The position numbers and the translations under genes are program-made. Shown here in pieces: positions 1-12,200 of a stretch of 64,000 bases of DNA; the stretch's first letter is position 1, and every line of letters begins with the position of its first letter. The notes under the pieces are model-generated. The model ran no database searches and was not told the origin of the DNA. It saw nothing but the letters and a program-made list of their open reading frames with translations. This DNA is from Eledone cirrhosa (Eukaryota): assembly GCA_964016885.1 (NCBI GenBank), contig OZ024750.1:22754001-22818000 (forward strand). The letters are read 5' to 3'.

Positions 1-560
1 CTCCAGTTGTGTCAAAGACAACTTCCCTAGTGTTGGTGCCTTGATAAAACACACCCAGTGCACTCTATAAAGTGGTTGGTGTTAGGAAGTGTATTCAGTC
101 ATAGAAACCTTGCCAAACAAAGGATTTGGGGGACCCTTTAGTTATGCCAGAAACACAATGACCTCTCTAGCTAGAGAGGTCATTGTGTGTGGCTAGTGCC
201 ATGATAAAATGCACCCAGTATACTTTTTAAAATGTAGGAACGTATGTGAGATGGGGTCACTGGTCAGTCTGTGAGGACAGAAGCTCTGAGAGTGCTAAGT
301 TGGTCTGTGATGACCCATCCAACCTATGTTAGCATGGAAAAATGACTGTTAAATATTGATAATTTAGATGCCCTTCCCCATACCATATGGTCATACTAAA
401 TAACATGAAGTACTCATTAAATGGAATCTTAATCTCTCTTTTTAGCAATTTGTAACCAAAGTAAATTAGCTGTAAGATAAGTAGATTGTTCTGAAAGCAT
501 GGGACTAACTATGGCATTGCAGGATCTCTGAAACAGGTGAAATCAATGATGTTCATATTC

Positions 561-910
561 CTATTGATAATGAAAATTATTGTATACAGTGCTCAGGTGA
601 ATGTCAGGTACATAGAATATTGTACAAATGTCAGGAACAGTGTATGAGTCATGATATACACACAGAAACGTGTGTGGAGGAGGAAAATTAGATGTAGTAT
701 TGGCGAATTTTGGGAAGCATGGAAGTTTTGAAGGATGCAGTGTACCGACGGCTAATAACTGATGCTGGTAGTTTGTTCCATGCTTCAGCAATTCTGAGTG
801 TGAAAAAATGTTTCCTTCAGATGAAACATCTACAAGGAGGGAATTCCAGAGGGCTGACATTCTAGGAAAGAAGGACTGGGTGGATAGGTTAGTGCAATGC
901 CTTGTGTGGA
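561..910 (-). mobile_element. CR1/L2-like LINE 3' fragment
   Basis: Translation contains FFPRMSALWNSL, a LINE ORF2 tail-like motif. The nucleotide sequence matches the copy at about 62600-62870. Confidence 0.6.
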
Positions 911-939
911 ATGGACAGAATATGAGTGATGAATAAATA

Positions 940-1280
940 AAAAATGGTTGTGAGTTCAATACTCGGACCGGGTGATGTGTTGTTTCCTTGAGCAAGACAC
1001 TTTATTTCACATTGCTCCAGTTTACTCAGCTGTAGAAATGAGATGATAGGACTGGGGTCCCTTTCATTCCACTGCAAAGTGATTGTGGAGGTGCCATGGA
1101 TAAAAAGCACTCAGCACTCACTGTAAATGAGGTTGGTGTTAGGAAGGGCATCCAGCTGTAGAAATCAAGCCAGAATCAGTCCACTATGAGCAAGATAAGG
1201 TCAGCCAACAGGACAACCCGTCTAACCCATGCTAGCGTGAAAGAATGGACGTAAAACGGTGATGATGATGATGATGATGA
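940..1280 (+). mobile_element. tRNA-derived SINE with (GAT)n tail
   Basis: B-box GAGTTCAA; body CCTTGAGCAAGACACTTTATTTCACATTGCTCCAG, near-identical to 35398-35700; ends GGACGTAAAACGGT(GAT)n. Confidence 0.75.
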
Positions 1281-1579
1281 CTCCATGGAAATATGAAACC
1301 AACAAACTCCAAGTAGCTGAGGTTACTGTAGTCATGATAGAAAATCAGAGACAGGAGACAGCATAACTGTGGGCCATAGATTACAGCATGTTGGTAGGTG
1401 ACTTATCAATCAATTGTGTGGCTTTTCCTATGAAGCCTATGTATGTGTATTGGCAGGAAGATCCTAGATATTGGAGCAGTGCTCCCTGTGGGTCTCACTT
1501 GAGTTATGTAGAGTTTTAGTAGTTATTGTGGTCTGAAGTATTTTCTGTGTCATGTGTATTTTTATTTTCTTTGGTACAG

Positions 1580-3116
1580 ATATCTAGTCTTTCTAATATG
1601 TCTGATCCACTACCAAACCCAGATAAGTTGGTTGATAATGTTGACACTACTTCTTACATGACAACAGCTGATAACCCACTTTTGGACACTTCTCTGCATA
1701 TTAAAGTACAAGGTAAACCATTTCCTGTCACTAACATTATATTAACTCTTGGATTTGGCAGTATCAGTAGAGCATCAGGCACCATGCTTTGCAGCATAGA
1801 GTTATGGCCCTTTACATTCCGGGTTCAAATCCCACCGAGGTTAACTTTGCCTTTCAGCCTTACAGGACTGATAAAAAATAAAGCACCAGTAATACACTGG
1901 GGTAATTGCTGGCCTTGTGCCAAAAGTAGAAACAATTATATTAACTCTTAACAACCTGTAATGATTTAGCAGAAAATATCTAAAAATAGGTTTGTTAATT
2001 CAAATGTTTATAGTACTGTTACTAGTAAATAGATAATTGGGAAATTTGTAGTATTAAAATAAATACTTTAATTTTTAATGTGATGCAGTCATAGTGTAGT
2101 TTTGTGCTTTTAAAGAATGTCTTGCTAATGTGGTTTCATGTGGTACAGAACCTTAAGAGTTAATTTTATGGCTACATGTATATTGCTAGGAATCTGTATA
2201 TTTTATCTAATTTTATTACTATATCCCTCCAAATTCTTGATTGTATTCAAAATTATTTGAAAATGATAAACTGTCTTTCATTAGAAATATGGTAACAGAA
2301 GGGTTGTGCTCCAAATATCAGATAAATAATGAGATAGTTATATTACTAAATTCCTCCTAATTCTTGATTATTTGAAAACGATTGGTAGTGTCTTTCATTA
2401 GAAATACAATAACAAAAGAGTTACTCATCATATTTATTATCCAAATGCATATATTTTTATATCTTTCAAGAGTTTCTGGCTGGTCTGAGAAGCTTTGAAG
2501 AGCAAATTGATAATGCACAACCTGAACATGTTGGAGCTGTGAATAAGGTTAAACAGCTCTTACCAGAACAAGATATTTCTAAACCAGAGCCACCTCCTTA
2601 CACACCCCTTCCACAAGGTAAGGAATGCCTGAAAGCATGACACCTTGTCAGATTAATGGTATTGATTGAGAATTTCTTTTTGGTTTACATCATTGTAGTT
2701 AGAACACGTTACAAACAGGCCCACATTAGATTCATCGTGGGAGAGGAGAAAATGAAAGCCAAGGAGGATCCAGAAGATAGAGCTAAATGAAGAAGTTTGT
2801 CATAAGTTCTGCAAGACTAACCCTTGCTTTAGCAAAGAAAATAGCCTTAATATGCTAACGAAAAGAAAGAGACCCTAATTATTCTGATGAAAGATGTATT
2901 AGAGGCACAGCCAAATAGTCCAAACAATTTCTGTTTATTTATTCATGTAAATTTTTACTGGTTTCAATCATTAGACTGCAGCCATGTTAGCACAATGTCT
3001 TGAAGGGATTTAATCAACCTTATTGACACTAGTGCTTATGTCTGCTACTTATTTTATTAATCTGTTTTTGTCAAAATGCAAAGTTATAGGATATAAACAG
3101 TAAACGTAAACAGAGG

Positions 3117-3204
<88 letters not shown>

Positions 3205-6200
3205 TATATACACACAAAAATATGTGTATATGATGGGCTTCTGCACAGTTTCCATCTACCAAATTTTATTCACAAGACATTGGTCAAAACACACAGCCAT
3301 GTTTTTCTGGCTTAGTCAGTGTAGGAAGGGAATGACCCTCACTGTTTTTTCAAGGACTCCTTGATTGGAGTGGGGGAAAAGAAGACAAAACCATGATACA
3401 CACGTTATCCTCGAAACAGTGACCTGGTTGTAATACTTGCATCAATGTGAACTCAGGTGATGGTGTTAAACTGTGTTATTGACTAAGTCATATAAAAAGA
3501 CAGAGTTCATCCAATGGCATTCTGCACAGTTTCGGTCTGCCAATTTTCATTCAGAAGGTTTAGTTCGACCCAAAGCTATGATAGAAGACACTTGCCCAAG
3601 GTGCTGCAGAGTGGGAATAAACTCCAAACTATGTGATTGCAAAGTAAACTTCTAAACCCACACAGTCATGCCTGCTCATATGATTGTTGTTTTGATTTCA
3701 TTTTTCCATACTATCCTGAGTGAGATGGTTCTTGAAAATTTGCATGTAAATTGTTGAGAGGAAATATTTATCATAACTAATTGCTTCTTTTATATTACAG
3801 AATTAGGACAGCCTGTCCCTCAAAATAGATCTGATGATGTAAGTACTCTATTAATTTGGTAACTTAGTTACTTATCAAAGAGTTAATTTTACTTATATCA
3901 TCGACTTAATCATTTACTAGTTAAATTATTAAACTCTTAATATCCTGTAATGATTGAGGAGAAAATATTCCAAAATTAGTTTGGTAATTCAAGTGTTTTT
4001 AGTATCTTTAGGTTAATGACTTCAATTTTTGATATAAAGTACTCATACTTTTGTACTTTTCAAACATGTCTTGCTAATGTAGTTACATGTGGTACAAGAC
4101 TAATAAAAGTATAAATAAATCATCCGTCAGTTTTACCAAGGATATTCCAGTTGTTTGTTCACCTGAACCACTTACTTGAATTATGTTGTAAGTGGTTGAG
4201 TATTTCACAGACACATATTAGGTAGAATGAGCATTACTCAGCGTGTGGCTATGCTGGCTGTTTGAATTAGAGGTACAGTCCATTCAACAGGATTCCACTG
4301 CCTATTGGATTAACTGTAACTATAATTCAGATGGCAAGAAGATGAGAGATGAGTACATGAGCTGAGGAGCAGCAGCCATTGTAGTAGTGGCACAAAAAAA
4401 AGAGAGGAAACATGTCTGTGAGCCAGACATTGGAGTATGTTGGGTGGGAGTGGGGATGACTTCATATCAATCGATCTTAGGATTTGACCTTAAGATGTCT
4501 CTAGAGTATGTAGCAACAGCATCATTTGAGTATGTTAGTGAGTGGCTTCAGACCAGTCAATTAAGTGGCTTTATTTGGATGTAGTCTAAGATGTCTGTGT
4601 ATCTGTAGCAGAATCACTGACCCAGGTGTTTGAGCAGTACTCTATTGTTGATCTTTCTTAAGTTATGTAGAGAATTAGTAATTGTTGGGGGTCTGAAGTA
4701 TTTTATGGCTCTGAAGAATAAGACCAGTCTTTGTGATATGGTTTAAGATGTCATTGGGAACAACCTCAGCATTGTCCTAGATATGTGAGCAGTACCCTAT
4801 TGTGGGTCTTAATGTGAGCTGTGTAGAGGGTTAGTAGTTGTTTAGGTCTAAAGTATTTTCTGATCCTGAAGAGTAAGATCAATCTTTGTTATTTGTCTTT
4901 CTGTTTTATTTGGTACAGAAGTGTAGTTTCTCTGATATGTCTGATCTAACGTCAGACCCACATCTGATGATTGGTGACAGTAGCCTTGGTTCTTACAAAT
5001 CTACTGCTGATAAAACATTTTTGGATACTTCTCTTCAAAATGAAATGCAAGGTAAACCCTTCTTAAAATATTTTCCAACTATATGTGTTCAAAACTGCAT
5101 TATTTAAAACTGTGTAAGATGTGGGCCTGCTGTACTTTTTACATCATTCTGATATGTCTTTTATTCTTTCTTTGCAGTCATTAGACTGTAGCCATACTGG
5201 AGCACTGACTTGATTTAGTCAATCATATAACCCCAAGAACTAATTTCTCAAGTCTCTTACTTATTTCATCAACTGCCTTTTTGTCAGTCATTATATGAAT
5301 ATCTAAATGTATATTTTCTTCATGTCTTTCAAGAATTTTTGAATGGCCTAACACACTTTGAGAGGCAAATTGAGTATTCGAAGGCTGTATCTAGCCAGGT
5401 CCTGACTCATTCTAAACAACCCTCATCAAAGACAGATACTGAGAAACACCTTTCACAAGACAATAAAGAGAAAAAAGAGAACGTGTTAACACTTCAAGAG
5501 ACCAAACCTAAATGTAGCAAGGCTAAAAGTCATGTTAAACCAGCATCTCCACAGCTAGATACTTACAAATCATTGCCACCTCCTTACACATCCATTTCAC
5601 AAGGTAAGGAAGCAACACTTGAAACTATTACACTTTGACTGGTTAATGGTCTTGTTTGATAATTGCTTACTTTTTTTAACCCTTTAGCATTTAAACCGGC
5701 TGTATCCGGCCAGAATTCTCTGACCTATTTCTGTTCAAACTGGCCATAACCGGCTGCTCATACTGACGTTATGGTATTGTTCTCAAAATACATAACATCA
5801 AAATCTTGTAGATTCAATATTATGTGAGATATTTTCACAGTAAAGGCTTTTCCTCACATAATTATAATAGTAAATATAGAGTAATGTGTATGCTAAAGGG
5901 TTAATTTCTTTTTGGTTTCCAACATTTTTATAACATTACAAAGAGACCTCCAATTATTCTGAAGATGGGGTTGTTAGAGTCACAGTAAATGAAGCAGACA
6001 ACTCCTATTTTATGTTACAATTGATGAATGACAATACTGAGTGTATCCAGTTTAGAATAAGCACACTGTATTTCTGTTTTGTAACAGCTGACTAAAAGGG
6101 TTGGTGCATCCAGCTGTAAAACATTGCCCCCAAAAAGGATCCTATATCATGGGACCTGCAAGGCTAATCCTTAAATAGCCTTAAAACGTTTGTTGTTGTA

Positions 6201-9200
6201 ATTGATGAATGATTGTATCATTGGTTAAAGATTTTCAATAAGCCAATCATTGGTTCATTGCATTCCTGATGTCAAGAGTGATTGGTGATAGTTGCAGCAT
6301 CAGTAGTGGTGATGATGATGCCTCTTTTACATTACAGAACCTCGACAAGATGGATTAAGTCAGTTTCCATTTCCTCCTCAGAATACAGCTGTAGTAAGTA
6401 CTCTATTAATTTAATAACTTCTCTATTTAATACATTTACTATGAGTGTGTTTTGAAGGAATCAGTTGTCAATCCATATAATCATTTCAAGCAAGAGGGTG
6501 TTGTAGTTTACTTGAATCATTGTGTAAAGTGTAGAAAATTGTGTTTTATTAGAAGGCTACAGCAATGCAAATAGGGCATTAAATGTTAAAAATAATAATA
6601 ACATTATAAACACCTCCAAGGTAACATTCCAACATCTTTGTTATCATTATATTTAATCTTTAGCATGCTAGAAATTTTTATGCATTACTTTCCTTGATAA
6701 TGCATTATGTTTTAACCCTTTAGCATTCACATTACTCTATATATACTATTATATTTTCATGGTAAACGCTTTACCTCGCATAATTATCTCACATATCGAA
6801 TCTATGAGATTTTGAAAGTATTTATTTTGAAAACAATCAGTTTGAGTGACCAATTACAGCCAGTTTCAACAGAAAAGGGTAGAGAATTCTGGCCAGTTTT
6901 GGGCGGTTTGAACATTAACGGGTTACGGCGACTTCATGCACCCTGAGCTTCAATAAGATTGATATTTAACGTCCCATTTGCATTGTTGCAACCTTGTAAT
7001 AAGACACATTATCATGTCAGACATTATTATTATGTGAAGGCTGGGGAGAAATGAGGCGATCATCCTCTGTCGGTTGTGTAATGTTAGTGTGCATGAATGA
7101 TAAAGCACAGATTATTTGAAAACTGTATGTTACGAATTAGAAGAATGTGTGTCAGAGAGATCACCCTGGTTCAGACACATAATGTGTATGGATGATGATC
7201 ATTGTGTGATGATGTGCCAAGACTTCCAAGTAGATAGAAGATGTTGTAGAGATAGGGCAAGGAAAACTTGGACAGTAGTGGTGATGAGCAAATTCCAGGA
7301 TGCTAAACCTCACAAAAGAGATGACAAAGGATGCATGACACTATGCTGGAGAGGACTTATCTAATTCATACAAACATGGAAAAACAGACATAAAATTTAT
7401 TATGCTAATGCCTAATGAAACATATAAACAGCTTTGTATTGTTTCAGATAGTTTGGTATCAAAAGAGTTAAAACATCAACTATATGTCTTTTGAAAAAGG
7501 TAAGAAACCACTCTGAATCAATTGTCAATCAGTATTGAGACAGGTGTAGCAGCTGGGCAATGGTATAGATGGTGTATCTATTTTGGTGCTTCTCTCTTCC
7601 ACCAGATTCTGCTCATGTTGACTTGGCCTTTTATCCATTCCAGATCAATACAAATAATTGGTTTTAGTACCAACAATTACAAGACAATTCCACATTATAC
7701 TCTTAATACAAAATTAAAATATCCTCAATTGTGGTTATGGTACAAAAGGCAGAAAAAGGAGACAGCATGTCTGGTGGGGTCAGAGGTTAAAGTATATTTG
7801 TAAAGTATATTAAGTTAATCTGTCATGTGAAGACATGTGGCCTGGTGATTAGAGTGTGGAACTCAGAATGATAAGGATGATTCCTTGAACAGGTTGCATG
7901 TGTTCTTGAACATGATACTTCAGTCTACATTGCTTTTCATGATAGGACTGAGGTTCCCTATCATTAAAACACTTTTATGAGGAACAACCTAAACCTGCAT
8001 AATTGTGAGCTGTAACAACATAAATATCTGTGTGTATGATAGGACTCTGGAACATTATTCCACTGTAGGTCTCACCAGAGATTTATAAAGAACTAGTAGT
8101 TATTGGAGGCTGAAGTGTTTTCTGGTCCTGAAGAAGACAACTAGTCTTTATGATGCAGTCTTTGCCATGTTATGTATATTTTATTTTCTTCAATAAAGAT
8201 GCTTCATCCTCCACGGGTTTATGATATAAAACCAGAATCAAGACAGCTGTTGGATATTAGCACAGGCTCATACAGGAATCTTCCAACAACTCAACCTTTC
8301 GTCATTGAGGATTATCCTGAACCAGTATACAATTTTTCTGAAACTAACAGAAAAAGTAAGCCATTCTCTATCATTTAGTAAATCCCTTGAAATGCACTTA
8401 CTAATTAATTGTAATAGAGTGTATTTCATTAAAAAGGTTAAATTTCTAATTTCATTTTTCAATCGTCATTTTATCTCTAAATGTATATTTTTTTAATGTC
8501 TTTCCAGATTTAATAATAGGTCTGAGTGATGTTGAACAACATGTAAAGGATTTAGAGTTGCAAAATAGCAATTATGTTAAACAGCTGTTACCAGTGCCAA
8601 ACTCATATATACCTGATACTCACACATCCCTTTCACAGGACAAAACAGGTAAGGAAGCAACAATTAAAAGTATTAAACTTCAGCGGGCTAGGAAAAGGGC
8701 TCCATTTGGTCATGACTGATCATGGGTTTTGTACCTATGGCTGGCTGACCAAGAGGAAGGGATCACTTATGACTGTTTTTCAGGGACTCAAAGACTGGTG
8801 TGGGAATAAGAGGACAAAACCACGATTCATATTTTATCCTCAAGCCAGTGACAAGATCCAAATACTTGCATCAATGGACTCTTGTGAAAGGGAAATGATT
8901 GTCAAGTGATGGTGTTAAACTAGGCAACAGATTAAGTTAACCATCTATTAAAAAGACATACTGACCATCTGATGGCCTTCCGCACAGTTTCCATCGACTG
9001 TATTTCCCTCTAAAGGCTTGAATCATCTCGAAACTATAGTAGAATATGCTGCAAAATGAAATTGAACCTAGAACCATATACCTAGAAAGCAAACTTCTTA
9101 ATCGTACAGTCATGTCTGCAACTATGATTGACGTTTTAATTCTATTTTCCTTGCTACCATGAATGAAATTGATCTTATTTGTGAATTGTTGAGAACAAAT

Positions 9201-12200
9201 ACTTTTTAATAACTGATTACCTCTTTATATTACAGGACCACAGCAACCACCTGCCTTTCAAAATGTACCTGGAGTAAGTACTCTGTTAATTTAGTAACTT
9301 ACTTACTTAAAATATCTACTGACACTCTAAGTCAATTCTCAATCATTAGGTTGACTTTGCTTTTCATCCTTACGGGGTCAATAAAATAAAGTACCAGTAA
9401 TGCACTGGGTAATTGCTGGCCTTGTGCCTAAAGTAGAAACAATTATTTATTGATCTTATGTAGTACAGACAGGTGAGGCAAAGATGCTTAACTCTATCTA
9501 TTTTGGTGCTTCTCTCTTCCATCACAACATCCATGTATAAGGGATTATATCAGATCTGTTTATGTTGAATATACCGTACCATTAGCCTTTCTATGCTGCT
9601 AACTACCCCTCCTTTCCTGGTCACATATTATTGACATGCAACACTCCCTCTTACTATCACCCTTCTTTATTGCTATCCATCACATATTTTCTCTTGTAGG
9701 TTTCACCTGAAATTTGTAACGGGTTAATAGTTATTGTGTTGGGGGAGGGGGGGGGGGTATTTTCTGCTCTGGAAGAGGAAGGCCAGTCTTTGTTATGTTA
9801 TATGTATTTCTGTTTTCTTTGGTTCAGATGTCTGGTTTTTCTGGCATTTCTGCAGTAAAGTCAGGAGCATTTGATATGTTGGATATTAGCATTGGTTCTT
9901 ACCAGAACCTTCCATCAAAGAAACCTTTAATCAATGATGAACATCTACAGACTTCTCAGGTACCAGTGTACAGTTTTCCTGAACCTAACACACAAGGTAA
10001 ACCATTCTCTATCATTGTATTACATTCATCCTTTCATTACCATATTTCTAATGAAACACACTACTTATGATTTTCAAATAATTTTGAAAATAATCAAGAA
10101 TTTGAGTAATTTAGCAATATAACTAACTTTCTCATTATTACATTAGTTTTTGGAATATAATTTAACAAAGGTTCTTACATAAAATTATGATAGTGTTTTA
10201 GATAAATATACACATTTTAACCCATATTTCTGCCAATGTTTTGCAAATCCTTTTGAAAATAATCAAGAATTTGAGTAATTTAGCAATATAACTAACTTTC
10301 TCATTATTACATTAGTTTTTGGAATATAATTTAACAAAGGTTCTTACATAAAATTATGATAGTGTTTTAGATAAATATACACATTTTAACCCATATTTCT
10401 GCCAATGTTTTGCAAATCCTTTTGAAAATAATCAAGAATTTGGAAGGATTCAGTAATATAACTGTTCCCATTGCAATATAACCCAACAAAGCTCTTACAT
10501 AAAATTATAATAGAAAGCTTTTAGATAAATGTAAACACTTTGAAATAAACAACTTCGTATTATAGAACCAGGGGTGTTTTCAGATGGTTTGATATCAAAA
10601 GAGTTAATATTGTGTCTATATTTACTTTGACAAACATCTGTATATTTTATCTGATTCAATACTAAAGGTGGAACAAGCCCATTACTCTTTAGTAATGATG
10701 AAGCAGAAGAATAATTAAATTGGTTAATCTCTGCTTTAACCGATTCATTATTTTATCAGTAGAGTGTTGTACAACATGTTTTATAGCTTAGAGGTATGGC
10801 CCTTTACGTTCTGAGTTCAAATTCCGCTAAGGTTAACTTTGCCTTTTATCCTTACGTGGTCGATAAAATAAAGTACCAGTCACACACTGGGGTCGATTTA
10901 ATCGACTTGCCTCTCCCCCAAATTTGCTGGTCTTGTGCCTATATAAGAAACCATTATATATCTAATAAAAGGGAAGTGGATTGACAGTATCAGTAGAATG
11001 TCAGACATTCTTTGTGCATAGAGTTACGTCTCTTAACATTCTGAGTTCAAATCCCATCCAAAACTGGAGTCGATTTAATTGACTTTCCCCTGCCCCAAAA
11101 CTCTTGTTATTGTGTCTAAATTAGAAATCTTTATCATATTTCTAAGCAAAATCCAGTTGATGGTGGTGGCAGTAGTTATTTGTATGCATATATATTTTCT
11201 TTCCAGCTTTAATGCTAGGTCTGAAAAGTATTGAGCAACGACTTGAAACTTTAGAGACTGAATGTAACCAGGCTCAACAGCTTTCACAAGACAATACAGG
11301 CAAATATGAATTCCTTAAAGGCATGACACTTCAGCAGGCTAATGGTATGTAATGGTAATTGATTTTGGAAGGGAAAGGTACAACATTTTTATAACATTAC
11401 TTTGTAAAGCAAGACAATATATGTAGTGTAGAAAAAAACAATACAATCTTGCCGAGAACCTAACAACTTCTCTAGTGCATGTGCCATGATAAAATGCATC
11501 CAGTACACTCTGTAAAGTGGTAATGCAGGTATCACAAAAAAATGCACCATGTACTATCTGCAAAATGGTAGTGCTGTGACCACAAAAAATGCACCCAATA
11601 CATTCTGTAAATGGATAGTGTTGGTGTCATGATGAAAACACCTGGTAAAGTGGTTGGTATTAGGAAGGGCATCCAACTGTAAAAACCATTTCAAAAATGA
11701 AATGCCATAGTTCCCTGCCCAGTCTAGTCTCAGATCGTGTCCAACCCATGCTAGTATGGAAAGCAAATGTAAAATTATGATGATGTTAGTGATACAGTAT
11801 AGACATCCTGTCTTCCCCACTTACAACGTAGCAAATATTACTATTTGAAAGTAATGAGATATTATGCCTCCTTAAACTAACTAGTTCATATCCATCATGT
11901 TCCTGTTTTGACTCAACTTTCAAATTCTTTTGTGATGTTTAACCCTTTAGCATTAACATTACTCTATATTTACTCTTGTATTTTCACATAATATCGAATC
12001 TATGAGATTTTGATATTATTTATTTTGAGAACAATACCTTAACATCTGTATGAGTGGCCAGTTTCAGCCAGTTTAAACAGAAAGAGATGAGAGAATTCTG
12101 GCCGGATATGGCTGGCTTAAAAGCTAAAGGGTTTTAATTATTCTACAATGATATCAAGTTTTCAGAGTGTTAGATAGAATGTTGTGCAGTATTAATTCTG

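Noticed and set aside
446-536. Possible upstream CEP57 exon ending CAG|GTGAAA
   Set aside because: It has a stop in the required frame. It could be 5' UTR but is unsupported.
3049-3262. IYIYIY and MMM/III-rich ORFs (also 35601-35881, 49091-49294, 52438-52674)
   Set aside because: Translations of (TA)n and (CAT)n microsatellites.
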